Shown here: positions 18,223 through 28,659 of the stretch, in pieces
Layout of the letters: each line of letters begins with the position of its first letter
How positions within the stretch are numbered: the first letter of the stretch is position 1
From: Obrimoposthia wandeli
Lineage: Eukaryota
Direction of reading: 5' to 3'
Assembly: GCA_977020255.1 (NCBI GenBank)
Contig: CDROCS010004529.1
Span: forward strand, 62,001-126,000
DNA length: 64,000 bases
Translations under genes and position numbers: made by a program
The notes under the pieces: generated by a model
The model's input: only the letters and a program-made list of their open reading frames with translations
Told to the model about the DNA's origin: nothing
Databases searched by the model: none

Positions 18223-18669
18223 TTAATCGTCTTCGCTATGTTTTTCTTTTTGGCCAAAACTCATGTTACGGCTATGCTCGCCAAAAGCTTCATGTAAATG
18301 TATTAAATCTTCTTCTCTTATCAAAAAATGCTTTCCCCATTGACAGCCAATCACATCACCTGCTAATAACCAAAAACCTATCGCAAATTGGCCGAGCACT
18401 AAAACTAGGGGGTCTTGGGCTGTCATCGAGAAAAAAGCTAAAATAGCGTAAAATGTGCTCGCACAAATACTCGCTAAAAAACTTGGAAATATCGAAAACA
18501 TTCCCAAATTTTTACCACTAAAAAGGCCTATAGCAAAACCACTTACCATACCGGCAATACCGATGGCATCCAAACCTGACAAATTGTCGAAAATTTCGTA
18601 GATTACCACGCCACCCAAGAGACTAATAAAAATTAGCATAGTCACTTGAACTCTAAAAAGTCTCATCAT
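18223..18669 (-). CDS. Hypothetical membrane protein (about 4 TM)
   Basis: 148-aa ORF with Gly-rich hydrophobic helices and a charged C-terminus; no family recognised. Confidence 0.6.
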   Translation of the reverse strand: MMRLFRVQVTMLIFISLLGGVVIYEIFDNLSGLDAIGIAGMVSGFAIGLFSGKNLGMFSIFPSFLASICASTFYAILAFFSMTAQDPLVLVLGQFAIGFWLLAGDVIGCQWGKHFLIREEDLIHLHEAFGEHSRNMSFGQKEKHSEDD

Positions 18670-18795
18670 ATTCGAAAGTTAAACACTGTTTTGGGAAGTT
18701 GATACAAATTCAATAACACTCAAATATGCAAAAATACCACGAAACGCATTTGAAGAAAATCTTTGTCGATGGTGAGCATTAGATAAATGTCGCTA

Positions 18796-19392
18796 CTAGC
18801 TTTTTGCAGCGAGTTTTAACCTAGCTTTCTTCAGTCTTTCTTGCTTGAGAGCATCTTGGTCAATACTGACATTGGAAGCAGGAGGAGTGGTCGTATTACT
18901 TACTTTAGCTTTCGCCGGCACTAATACTTTCGCTTTAGCAATTACTGGCATTTTAGGTGTCAATTTTTTCAAATTCCATAGCAGAGGAGCTTTAAAGCCT
19001 AAAAATACACTTAATACTAGCACCCTAGAAAGAGAGGAAATATCATTATTGATTGACCCTAAAAAAAACAGAGCTGTTACTAAACCTAACACTAAACCAA
19101 TAAATAAATTAGAGATATTAGCGTAAATACCATAGAAGAAACGTTGCACAATATTAACATTGGTAGCTGATTCTTGAGATTTCAATAAAGAAGCAACAAT
19201 ACAACCTAGCGCAGTAAAAAGAGGACAGAGAACGATAAGTGATATATCAATTGTATTTACATCAATGCCAGCTAAAGTCATTTTTGCATTAACAAAAACG
19301 CCAGTATTTAAACTTTCAGAAAAGGGGAAGGATGGCACACTCCCTTGAGCCGTCGATGAAATTAATTCAACTTGTGGTAATTGATCGTTCAT
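18796..19392 (-). CDS. Hypothetical membrane protein (about 3 TM) with basic low-complexity tail
   Basis: 198 aa; hydrophobic core; tail with duplicated AKAKV and LKQERLKKARLKLAAKS. Confidence 0.65.
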   Translation of the reverse strand: MNDQLPQVELISSTAQGSVPSFPFSESLNTGVFVNAKMTLAGIDVNTIDISLIVLCPLFTALGCIVASLLKSQESATNVNIVQRFFYGIYANISNLFIGLVLGLVTALFFLGSINNDISSLSRVLVLSVFLGFKAPLLWNLKKLTPKMPVIAKAKVLVPAKAKVSNTTTPPASNVSIDQDALKQERLKKARLKLAAKS

Positions 19393-19631
19393 TACTAAGG
19401 CCCTCTAGTACATCATTATATAATTTTCAAAGCCTTAAAAACAAAATGCTTATTCAAGTATATTCTATAGGTACAAATTTCTCTTAAGTGTTAGATTTTC
19501 TTAATTTTTCCTGTCTTTACAAGCCAAATTAACTAATTTTCTCTATTGAATCGACTCCATTCTAAGCAAATATATATTAATTTGGTATTGTTTGTGCATT
19601 TTATTTTGCGCTGATTTATTTTTTAAACTAC

Positions 19632-19672
19632 AAATAAAAAAAACGGCCATTAGAAACAAGTACTAATAGCCG
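19632..19672 (-). terminator. Intrinsic terminator after the gamma-lyase gene
   Basis: CGGC-C-ATTAG / CTAAT-A-GCCG stem with an adjacent A-run that reads as a U-tract on the minus strand. Confidence 0.55.
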
Positions 19673-19703
19673 CTATTCAAACATTTAAAACGTATGTTTT
19701 AAT

Positions 19704-20984
19704 TTACTCTATGGTGCCTAATGCCTGAGCCAAATCAGCAATTATATCTGCTGGATTCTCAATGCCTACTGAGATACGAATCAGGTTATCAGTTATACCA
19801 ATCTCTTCACGGCGCTCTTTAGGCACCGAAGAGTGAGTCATTGATGCGGGATGCTGCACTAACGTTTCAGTCCCTCCTAAGCTCACTGCTAGCATTGCCA
19901 TTTGCATCGAATCTAACACTTTAAAGGCCTCTTTTTCTGCTCCCTTTATGGTAAACGAGAAGGTAGACGCACAGCCACTGCACTGCTTTTTATACGTTGC
20001 ATATTGTGGATCTTTTTCTGTCAGTAGCCCTGGATAATAAATCTTTTCGATTAAAGGGTGACCTACTAAGAAATCAACAACTGTTTTAGCCCCTGCTGCA
20101 CTGGCATTCATTCTGATTTTTAAGGTTTCTAAAGAGCGCATTACCAGCCAAGCCGTATGCGAATCCATATTTGTACCGATGATATTTCTGAAACCGCGTA
20201 TTTTATTGATTAAACTTTTTCTCCCTGAGCAACTGCCACCGAGAAGATCTGAATGTCCGCCAACGTACTTAGTTAAAGAATAGATACACAAATCAGCACC
20301 TAATTGTAATGGCTGCTGGAAAATAGGCCCATACATCGTATTATCAACCACTAATACTGGCTGTTCAGCACCTTTGTTATCCATTTTTTCAAGTAAATCT
20401 TTGCAGGCGCGAATGTCGATCATCTGATTCGTTGGGTTATCAGGTGTTTCCATTAACACTACAGATACAGGGCCAAGCTCCGCGGCCTTTACTAGTGCTT
20501 GCGCTAAACCTTTATCTCCATCACTACTGTTAAACCCTACTGACTGTAAATTGTATTGGCACAAAACACCATTCAACAGTGTGTCGGTCCCGCCATAAAT
20601 AGGTTCTGCGTAGACAACAACATCTCCAGGCTTAGATAAGGCTAACACCGTGGTAGAAATCGCTGCCATACCGCTGCCGGTCACTAAGCAATCTTCAGCA
20701 CCATCCCAAAGGGCCATGCGCCCTTCCAGAATTTCCAATACCGGGTTATTAAAACGGGTGTAAATTAAGCCCGGCTCAACACCTTCAGGCACATCGACAC
20801 GACCTGATGCATAGTTAAAAAAATCTTTACCATCTTGCGCACTTTCGAACACAAAAGTAGAAGTTTGAAACTGTGGACATTTAACAGCGCCTTCTGAAAG
20901 TTTTGGATCATAGCCGTGGTGTAACATCATCGATTCAGCTGCTAATTTGTGCTCGCCGATGTGAGTTTTTTTGCTATTGCTCAT
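19704..20984 (-). CDS. Cys/Met metabolism PLP enzyme (methionine gamma-lyase / cystathionine gamma-synthase family)
   Basis: IYTRFNNP, SGMAAIST, ETPDNPTN, VDNTM, YSLTKYVGGHSDL, AVSLGGTETL, LIRISVGIE. Confidence 0.9.
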   Translation of the reverse strand: MSNSKKTHIGEHKLAAESMMLHHGYDPKLSEGAVKCPQFQTSTFVFESAQDGKDFFNYASGRVDVPEGVEPGLIYTRFNNPVLEILEGRMALWDGAEDCLVTGSGMAAISTTVLALSKPGDVVVYAEPIYGGTDTLLNGVLCQYNLQSVGFNSSDGDKGLAQALVKAAELGPVSVVLMETPDNPTNQMIDIRACKDLLEKMDNKGAEQPVLVVDNTMYGPIFQQPLQLGADLCIYSLTKYVGGHSDLLGGSCSGRKSLINKIRGFRNIIGTNMDSHTAWLVMRSLETLKIRMNASAAGAKTVVDFLVGHPLIEKIYYPGLLTEKDPQYATYKKQCSGCASTFSFTIKGAEKEAFKVLDSMQMAMLAVSLGGTETLVQHPASMTHSSVPKERREEIGITDNLIRISVGIENPADIIADLAQALGTIE

Positions 20985-21018
20985 AAGATTGTTATCCCGT
21001 TGTATTTATTTTATAAGC

Positions 21019-21090
21019 AAAATATTAGCAAAATCACTACGCAATTTGCTGGCATTCTTGTACACATATAAATAAAATATTAGCAGAATC
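21019..21090. promoter_or_regulatory. Two 17-bp direct repeats, candidate Lrp-type binding sites
   Basis: AAAATATTAGCAAAATC (21019-21035) and AAAATATTAGCAGAATC (21074-21090), 55 bp apart, in the divergent promoter. Confidence 0.5.
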
Positions 21091-21108
21091 TGCCAATAAG
21101 AGAACTTT

Positions 21109-21561
21109 ATGGACAATATAGATAAAAAAATCATCAAAGAATTACAATTAAACGCTCGTATATCCAATGAAGAATTAGCAGAGAAAGTGAATTTATCTGC
21201 GTCACCTTGTTTGCGAAGAGTAAGAAAATTAGAAAAAGCGGGTATAATTAGTGGGTATACTGCTGTGGTTGATCAAGTGCTTTGTGGATTAGCAATGAAC
21301 GTTTTTCTCAGTGTTAGGTTAGAAAAACCCGATCAACAAATAATGCAAAATTTTGAAAGCGCAGTGGCTAATCTTGATGAAGTACTAGAGTGTTATTTGA
21401 TGACGGGTAATCGAGATTATCTATTAAAAGTAGTCAGCCATGACCTCAAATCCTATGAGGCTTTTATTCGCAATAAATTTTCAAACTTACCCGGCATTAG
21501 CTCAATCGAATCAAGTTTCGCTTTTGGCCATGTTAAACAGCAACATTTTATTCCGATTTAA
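21109..21561 (+). CDS. Lrp/AsnC-family regulator divergent from the gamma-lyase (MdeR-like arrangement)
   Basis: MDNIDKKIIKELQLNARISNEELAEKVNLSASPCLRRVRKLE; EVLECYLMTGNRDYLLKV. Confidence 0.92.
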   Translation: MDNIDKKIIKELQLNARISNEELAEKVNLSASPCLRRVRKLEKAGIISGYTAVVDQVLCGLAMNVFLSVRLEKPDQQIMQNFESAVANLDEVLECYLMTGNRDYLLKVVSHDLKSYEAFIRNKFSNLPGISSIESSFAFGHVKQQHFIPI

Positions 21562-23107
21562 GCACATCACTCATCAAGGAGCGAACAACAACTTTGTTTC
21601 TTGTTTCTTTAGCTTCATATAAAGCAAGATCGGCTGTTTTATATAATTTTTGCTCTGACACATAGCCTTGATTAAGTACAGCAGCGCCTATAGAAACTGT
21701 TAAATAAGGACTAATACTACTGTTTTTATTGGCTATATTAAGCGCTTCCACCTCTTTACGCACGCAGTTTAAAAAGGAAATTATTTTCTCTTCTTCAATG
21801 CCAGAGATTATTAAAGCAAACTCTTCTCCCCCTATGCGAAACACATAATCATTAACGCGTTGCATACATTTTTTAAGCAGTTTACTTAAAGCACTCAGTG
21901 CTATGTCCCCTTCAGGGTGGCCATATAAATCATTAAAACGTTTGAAATAGTCAATATCTAGAATGGCTAACGCCATAGGGTATTTATTACGTGCGGCCAA
22001 ATTAATTTGGTTAGTTAGAATTTCATCATAACTGCGTCGATTTAGCAGCCCGGTAAGCTTATCAATATTCGCTAACTTTTTATGGGTTAAATCATGTAAG
22101 ATATTGGTGTAGCCAATAATATGCTGACTTTCATCACGATTTGGAATAATTGATGAATCGGCCCAAACCGTATTACCCTGAGCGTTTACATAGCAGATTT
22201 CTCCGCGCCACGGCTTTCCTTGTGAAAGTTTATTAAGAATATTTTTGTGCAATAACTTATCTTGCTGACTATCACTTAAAAAAAACTTCTTCTGATCTTT
22301 GATCAATTGCTTTTGCAAGCACCCAAAAAAACGACATAGTGAACTACTGACATCTTCAACGATTCCTTGTTTATCTAAAGTAGCCATTAAAATGTGCTCA
22401 TCAAGCAGTGCTTGGCGTTTAGAGCGATGGTTTTCATTAATCAAAATTGTTCGCCACACCTGAGCCATTAGATAACTCACACACAATATGGCCAATAGTG
22501 ATAGAGCAACTGTTATAAACAGAACTTTATCTGAATAAACAACCGATTCAACTCGAAGCTGTTCTACTTTTTGCATCAACAGCATTTCCAGAAAGTGAAT
22601 ATTTTCGACTACATCTCGACGGTGTTTGGCCAGTTTGGTGTTCTTAAGGGAAATTGCTTCTCTTAACTTAGCATCGGCTATTAACTGATAAAACTCAGCT
22701 CTAAATACTACCCACTGTAAATACAATTCGCGGCTTTTTTTAATCGACTGATTAAAAGTAGCTGCTTGTTTAAAAATAACCTGATATTCGCGATGAATAG
22801 AATCAGTGTTTTCTTTAAGTGCAGCCAGTGTTTTAGCCCGCTGCTGTATATTCGCTGCATTGAGCGCACTCACTATTAAACTATCAGCCTGCTTGAAATA
22901 GATTTTTAATGTTTTAACAGCATTAGTAATAACTAAAGGATCTTGAACTGGCGTGTGGTGATGGCCCATGGTACGGCTAATTTGGTAACTTGAATTAATA
23001 GCGAGTACGATGACTATCAAAGCAACGACAATAAAACTTATAGCTACTTTCTTTCGATCTAGAATACTAGCATCTACATGACTAGAAACTTTCTTCAGCA
23101 TAAACAC
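21548..23107 (-). CDS. Membrane-bound diguanylate cyclase (2 TM, periplasmic helical sensor, PAS, GGDEF)
   Basis: DKLTGLLNRR, DIDYFKRFNDLYGHPEGD, I-site RVND five residues before GGEEF; PAS-PAC segment WRGEICY...WADSSIIP. Confidence 0.9.
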   Translation of the reverse strand: MFMLKKVSSHVDASILDRKKVAISFIVVALIVIVLAINSSYQISRTMGHHHTPVQDPLVITNAVKTLKIYFKQADSLIVSALNAANIQQRAKTLAALKENTDSIHREYQVIFKQAATFNQSIKKSRELYLQWVVFRAEFYQLIADAKLREAISLKNTKLAKHRRDVVENIHFLEMLLMQKVEQLRVESVVYSDKVLFITVALSLLAILCVSYLMAQVWRTILINENHRSKRQALLDEHILMATLDKQGIVEDVSSSLCRFFGCLQKQLIKDQKKFFLSDSQQDKLLHKNILNKLSQGKPWRGEICYVNAQGNTVWADSSIIPNRDESQHIIGYTNILHDLTHKKLANIDKLTGLLNRRSYDEILTNQINLAARNKYPMALAILDIDYFKRFNDLYGHPEGDIALSALSKLLKKCMQRVNDYVFRIGGEEFALIISGIEEEKIISFLNCVRKEVEALNIANKNSSISPYLTVSIGAAVLNQGYVSEQKLYKTADLALYEAKETRNKVVVRSLMSDVLKSE

Positions 23108-23213
23108 TATACCTATAGATTAAGGCGATATGAAAATTTCGCAACAGTTGAGCCTGCTTTACAGCAAAAGCGCATCAGACATACATCGCAAATATTATGA
23201 GTTTTAAACAGCA

Positions 23214-23801
23214 TTAACTATAACTCACAACCAAGAAACAGACGGCGTCAACATCTCCCGTGTTTTGGATACAATGCACAACATCCCCACGATAATGGGC
23301 AGAATCTCCTTCACCTAAAGAATTACTATCGACTCCTGCTGTTATTTTAATAATGCCTTTTTGCACTGTAATGAACTCTCGGGCACCCTCAAAATGCGCT
23401 CCACTTTGCAATTGCGCTTTAGGCTTTAATGACAATTCATAAAATTCTATATTTTTCTCCATACTTAAAGGCGAAAGTGTCCGAATTTTACAATTGCTAT
23501 CATGACGAAATAGAAAGGCTGGGTCATCTTGGCGAATGACTTCAATGGAAGAGACTGTCCAAGGCTCATCCACCAACTCCCCAACAGAGATTGAAAATGC
23601 TTGTGCTATTTTGCACGCAACGGCCAAAGTAGGATTGGCTTGTCCACGCTCAATCTGTGAAAGCATAGAACGACTAACTCCGGAAATAGCAGCAAAATTT
23701 TCTAACGTCCAGCCTTTATTTTTACGCAAGCCTTTTACTTTTTCACACAATACTTGAGCTATCGGCTCAATTTCTTTATTTATTTTGCTGTTTTCTGTCA
23801 T
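23214..23801 (-). CDS. XRE-HTH + cupin transcriptional regulator
   Basis: LRKNKGWTLENFAAISGVSRSMLSQIERGQANPTL; C-terminal cupin (HFEGAREFITVQKG). Confidence 0.9.
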   Translation of the reverse strand: MTENSKINKEIEPIAQVLCEKVKGLRKNKGWTLENFAAISGVSRSMLSQIERGQANPTLAVACKIAQAFSISVGELVDEPWTVSSIEVIRQDDPAFLFRHDSNCKIRTLSPLSMEKNIEFYELSLKPKAQLQSGAHFEGAREFITVQKGIIKITAGVDSNSLGEGDSAHYRGDVVHCIQNTGDVDAVCFLVVSYS

Positions 23802-23816
23802 TTTATCTCGCTGTTT

Positions 23817-23885
23817 TTCTTGTATATAAGAAAAATATCTTTTAAAAAAGAATAATTAGCTTTACTATATTCCATTATACAAGAA
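23817..23885. promoter_or_regulatory. Pair of candidate operators for the XRE-cupin regulator
   Basis: TTCTTGTATATAAGAA (23817-23832, near-perfect palindrome) and TTCCATTATACAAGAA (23870-23885, 13/16 to the reverse complement of the first). Confidence 0.55.
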
Positions 23886-23967
23886 TAAATCTACTAGTCT
23901 TTGCTATGATTTTACATATGTATAATAACTTATCTAGCTCACTACAAAACCTCAGGGTAGGAAAAAC

Positions 23968-25008
23968 ATGAATACGATGCAGGCACTGGTCAAAAAAGAA
24001 GCTAAAATTGGATTATGGCTAAGCACTGTTCCTATCCCAGAGATGGGTATTAATGATGTTAAGATCAAAGTGCTAAAAACAGCTATTTGCGGAACAGATT
24101 TACACATCTATAACTGGGACAGCTGGGCGCAAAGTACTATTAACGTACCAATGGTTATCGGCCACGAATTTGTCGGCGAGATTGTTGAAGTTGGCAGTAA
24201 CGTCAATGCATTTAAACCTGGAGAAATTGTTTCAGGTGAGGGCCATGTGGTTTGCGGTCGCTGTCGAAATTGCATGGCAGGGCGTCGTCATTTATGCGCT
24301 TTTACAAGTGGCATAGGTGTGAACCGCTCGGGAGCATTTGCTGAATATGTTGTTCTCCCTATGTCTAATGTTTGGGAACACAGAGCTGGGATAGATCTTG
24401 ACGTCGCTGCAATGTTTGACCCTTTTGGCAATGCCGTACACACTGCATTGCAGTTTGATTTATTTAGCGAAGATGTATTAATTACCGGAGCCGGGCCAAT
24501 CGGTTGCATGGCAGCAGCAGTTTGTAAGCAAGCAGGCGCGCGCCATATAGTAATTACTGATTTAAACCCTAAGCGTTTACAAATGGCAGCAAAGCTAGGT
24601 GCGACTCGCACGGTTAATGTAGCACAAGAGTCACTTATACAAGTGCGCAACGACTTAGGAATGACCGAAGGTTTTGATGTAGGTTTAGAAATGTCAGGCA
24701 GCCCAATCGCTTTTAACGATATGATCAAAAACATGTGTCATGGCGGGAAAATATCACTACTAGGTATTCCTAGTGAAGAGAAGGTAACCGATTGGAATAC
24801 GGTTATTTTTAATATGCTAACGATTAAAGGTATTTATGGCCGCGAAATGTACGAAACTTGGTACAAGATGTCGGTAATGATAGAAAACGGTTTAGATATC
24901 AGTTCCATTATCACACACAGATTAGATTTTAGAGAGTTTCAACAAGGTTTTGACGCCATGCTTAGTGGTGATGCTGGAAAAGTGATTTTAGATTGGCAAA
25001 ACGTCTAA
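23968..25008 (+). CDS. tdh: L-threonine 3-dehydrogenase
   Basis: [39 protein letters not shown]. Confidence 0.97.
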   Translation: MNTMQALVKKEAKIGLWLSTVPIPEMGINDVKIKVLKTAICGTDLHIYNWDSWAQSTINVPMVIGHEFVGEIVEVGSNVNAFKPGEIVSGEGHVVCGRCRNCMAGRRHLCAFTSGIGVNRSGAFAEYVVLPMSNVWEHRAGIDLDVAAMFDPFGNAVHTALQFDLFSEDVLITGAGPIGCMAAAVCKQAGARHIVITDLNPKRLQMAAKLGATRTVNVAQESLIQVRNDLGMTEGFDVGLEMSGSPIAFNDMIKNMCHGGKISLLGIPSEEKVTDWNTVIFNMLTIKGIYGREMYETWYKMSVMIENGLDISSIITHRLDFREFQQGFDAMLSGDAGKVILDWQNV

Positions 25009-25082
25009 CTCAATTATTCGCAATACAAAACTTAATCATAAACTCGCATTATCACCAGTGAATACAGAAATAGGATTTTTAT

Positions 25083-26270
25083 ATGTACACACCTTTCAAG
25101 CAATATTTACAAAGCCAAATAGATGATATAAAACAAGCGGGGCTCTATAAGAATGAGCGTTTAATTCTTTCTGCTCAAGATACCAATGTAAATGTTTCTC
25201 AAGGCCCTGTTTTAAACTTTTGTGCTAATAACTACTTAGGCCTAGCACAGCACCCTGATGTCATAGCCGCTGCACATAAAGGGCTGGATGAATGGGGTTA
25301 TGGAATGGCATCGGTACGCTTTATTTGTGGCACGCAAAAAATTCATAAAGACTTAGAAAACAAACTAACTGATTTCCTGCAAACTGAAGATACTATTCTC
25401 TACCCTTCTTGTTTTGATGCCAATGGCGGCTTGTATGAAACACTGCTAGGTCCTGAAGATGCAGTCATTTCAGATGCTTTAAATCACGCCAGTATCATCG
25501 ATGGGATTCGCTTGTGTAAAGCAAAACGCTATCGCTATAAAAATAATGATATGGCTGATCTCGAACAACAACTTATGGCAGCCGATGCCGCGGGTGCTCG
25601 CTTTAAGCTCATCAGTACTGATGGGGTTTTTTCCATGGATGGATTTATTGCTAAATTAGACATCATTTGCGATTTAGCAGAAAAGTATAATGCTTTAGTG
25701 CACTTTGATGACTCTCATGCGGTAGGCTTTGTCGGAAAAACAGGCCGTGGTACTCATGAGCATTGTGAATGTATGGATAGAGTCCATATCACCACCGGTA
25801 CATTAGGCAAAGCATTAGGTGGCGCAAGTGGTGGCTACACTAGTGGTAAAAAGGAAATTATTGAATTATTGAGACAGCGCTCAAGACCTTATTTGTTCTC
25901 TAACACTGTTGCTCCCCCTGTGGTTGCAGGTGGATTAGCGGCATTAAATCTGCTTGAGAACTCAACTGAACTACGTGATAAATTAGCTGCTAATAGCCAG
26001 TATTTTCGAAAGGGCATGCAAGAGATCGGTTACAATTTGTTAGCCGGTGATCATCCGATTATTCCGATAATGCTTTATGATGCAAAAATTGCAGCACAAC
26101 TCGCTGAGCGTATGTTGAAAAAAGGTATTTATGTGACGGCTTTCTCTTTTCCTGTAGTACCTAAAGAGCAAGCGCGGATACGTACACAAATTTCAGCAGC
26201 GCATAGCTTGCAAGATTTAGATTTTGCGATTGCTTGCTTTAAAGAAGCGAAGGAAGAAATGGGTATTTAA
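25083..26270 (+). CDS. kbl: 2-amino-3-ketobutyrate CoA ligase (glycine C-acetyltransferase)
   Basis: [52 protein letters not shown]. Confidence 0.97.
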   Translation: MYTPFKQYLQSQIDDIKQAGLYKNERLILSAQDTNVNVSQGPVLNFCANNYLGLAQHPDVIAAAHKGLDEWGYGMASVRFICGTQKIHKDLENKLTDFLQTEDTILYPSCFDANGGLYETLLGPEDAVISDALNHASIIDGIRLCKAKRYRYKNNDMADLEQQLMAADAAGARFKLISTDGVFSMDGFIAKLDIICDLAEKYNALVHFDDSHAVGFVGKTGRGTHEHCECMDRVHITTGTLGKALGGASGGYTSGKKEIIELLRQRSRPYLFSNTVAPPVVAGGLAALNLLENSTELRDKLAANSQYFRKGMQEIGYNLLAGDHPIIPIMLYDAKIAAQLAERMLKKGIYVTAFSFPVVPKEQARIRTQISAAHSLQDLDFAIACFKEAKEEMGI

Positions 26271-26310
26271 GTTCATTCCATAAGTTAATAAGCGTAAAGC
26301 GCTTATTAAC

Positions 26311-27108
26311 TTACACCACAAAGCGTAATAAACGCAGCACTTCAAAGAAATCATCCGAACTGTATTTAATCGCTTGAGGTTGCGACAAACTCGCTCCAGG
26401 ATAGAAAGAAGCCTGGTACGCATCAACAGGCCCTAAATATTTAATTTCCACTTCAAAAGCGTCTGGTAACTCAATTGCACAATTATCAAAATTAGCATTC
26501 AGTGCTTTAGTCACCCCTGATGTGATTTTTTGTAGTGCGAGTTTAGGACTGATGCAAATAGTAGATGCCCCTTTGCCTTCTAATAGCGACACCGTTTCGA
26601 TGTAAGGGTTCGCTGCCTTAACATCTTTGCATATCCCTTTATCACCTGAAATAAACACCGTTGGGACATTTTCCAAAGCAGCGGCGTATTGATGAATTAG
26701 AAACTCTGAAGCACGCACCCCATTTATACTAATATAATCAACTTTTTTCGCTAAAGTATGCGCTAATGGATTGCCGTTATCCCCAGCTTTTGAGTGATAG
26801 CCAAGCATCATTAGTGCATCAAAAGATTCATCTATTTCTTGTACCATGCAATAAGGATGGCCACTCCAGCCACGTATTAAAGTGACGCAATCCGGCAGTT
26901 GCTCACTAATGATATTTCTACCAGTGCCGTGTGCATCTTTTACATAAATATCAGTTGCGCCACAATCAATAGCCGCTTCACAAGCTGTAACCACTTCTAT
27001 AGTCATGCGCTTGCGAAATTCAGCATAATCGCTATGTGCTTTGCTAGCTTCATCCCAATGTGTGATGCCTGCAACACCTTCTATATCCGCACTAATGAAA
27101 ACCTTCAT
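26311..27108 (-). CDS. M55-family D-aminopeptidase (DppA-like)
   Basis: MKVFISADIEG, VKDAHGTGRNI, GYHSK...PLAHT, FISGD. Confidence 0.92.
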   Translation of the reverse strand: MKVFISADIEGVAGITHWDEASKAHSDYAEFRKRMTIEVVTACEAAIDCGATDIYVKDAHGTGRNIISEQLPDCVTLIRGWSGHPYCMVQEIDESFDALMMLGYHSKAGDNGNPLAHTLAKKVDYISINGVRASEFLIHQYAAALENVPTVFISGDKGICKDVKAANPYIETVSLLEGKGASTICISPKLALQKITSGVTKALNANFDNCAIELPDAFEVEIKYLGPVDAYQASFYPGASLSQPQAIKYSSDDFFEVLRLLRFVV

Positions 27109-27459
27109 ATTTATCCTATTTCTTAGCTGTGTCTGAGCTGAATTTTACTTATGTTTATAAAAATAGAGCTGCATCCCGGTTTTTGTTTACAGCAGTTAGT
27201 AGCGACAATAGCGTATTTTAAAGCTCAACTTAAGAGCCACCAGTGATTATTTTTAACTAAGACTCAATATTGAGGATGGTATTGAAAAAGGGGTAAACGT
27301 GGAGGATCTAAATTAGATGTACTGAAATTCAGTTATGTTTGATCTACCAGCTATTAATCAGGCTAGTCAGATATCTAAAGCGACAGTGTCGTTATTGCTA
27401 ACCACACTGTACTTAGTAGCCCTCAAGAAGAGCCGCTAAAAACTACTACATCCTGTTTA

Positions 27460-28659
27460 TTAAACCCCTGGAAGGATTCTGCAAGTAATAGACTTTAGGT
27501 ATTCTGTTTCAGGAATTGCTGAATGTATCGGATGGTCTGGACCTTGATGTCCTTGCTCTATCACCTGTGCATTGCGATCTAACTCACGCGCGTTAGAACG
27601 TACGATATCAATCAAACTGCTACGTTCTAGGTGCATTGAACAAGAGGCACTAATTAAAATGCCATTTTTGCTTAACAAGCGCATTGCTAAATTATTGATG
27701 CGCCCATAAGCACGCTCACCATTGCGAATATCTTTGCGACGCGCAATAAAGGCCGGTGGATCGACTATGATAACGTCATACTTTTCTTGCTCTTGGATAA
27801 GCGCTTTACAAGTATCAAAAGCATCCCCTTGAAAGGCGATTAAGCGATCTTGAGCGTTATTCAATTTAGCGTTTTCAACTGCTACGTCTAAAGCATATTC
27901 AGAGGAATCAACACAAGTCACTTCACTTGCGCCCGCAGCTAGCGCTTGCACACCCCAACCACCGACATAACTGAATAAATCTAATACGCGCTTACCATCG
28001 ACGTGCTTTTGCATAGTGCCACGTGCTAAACGATGATCGTAGAACCAACCCGTTTTTTGCCCAGTCAAAATAGGTGCCAATAACGGTACGCCGTTTTCTT
28101 CAAGTGGGCATAACTCAGGTACTTCTCCTTGTACAACTTCTACATAGCTTTCTAGGCCTTCTGTAGAACGCATTTTTCCATCACAGCGCATTACTATCGC
28201 TGATGGCGTAAATACTTTATTCAAAGCAGAGATTATATCTTCAACAACGGCTTCCATACCTGCTGTCGAGATTTGCACCACAAACACGTCGTGAAAACGA
28301 TCTATAACTAAACCTGATAGTCCGTCAGAATCACCGTAAACTAGACGGTAGCAAGGGCTATCAAAACACGCTTCACGTAATGAAAGCGCGATATTGATGC
28401 GATGTACTAATAGTGAGCGATCTAAACGAAACTTGCTATCGCGCCCTATTATGCGACCGCAAATCAATGTTTGAGGGTTAACGTAAGCAATACCTAACGG
28501 CTTGCCACTGGCTGCTTGTACCAATACCTGCTCACCTGGAGTAAAATCTTTTAAAGGTGATTTTTTGTTGTCTACCTCATTAGAGTAGATCCATAAGTGA
28601 CCGCCACGTAAACGTCGATCCGCGCCATTATTAAGTATGAGAGTTCTAAGAGAAGACAT
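27460..28659 (-). CDS. rlmI: Class I SAM-dependent rRNA m5C methyltransferase (RlmI-like)
   Basis: N-terminal PUA-like GHLWIYSNE, SDGLSGLVIDRF, GQKTGWFYDHR, VLDLFSYVGGW, DPPAF, SASCS. Confidence 0.8.
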   Translation of the reverse strand: MSSLRTLILNNGADRRLRGGHLWIYSNEVDNKKSPLKDFTPGEQVLVQAASGKPLGIAYVNPQTLICGRIIGRDSKFRLDRSLLVHRINIALSLREACFDSPCYRLVYGDSDGLSGLVIDRFHDVFVVQISTAGMEAVVEDIISALNKVFTPSAIVMRCDGKMRSTEGLESYVEVVQGEVPELCPLEENGVPLLAPILTGQKTGWFYDHRLARGTMQKHVDGKRVLDLFSYVGGWGVQALAAGASEVTCVDSSEYALDVAVENAKLNNAQDRLIAFQGDAFDTCKALIQEQEKYDVIIVDPPAFIARRKDIRNGERAYGRINNLAMRLLSKNGILISASCSMHLERSSLIDIVRSNARELDRNAQVIEQGHQGPDHPIHSAIPETEYLKSITCRILPGV

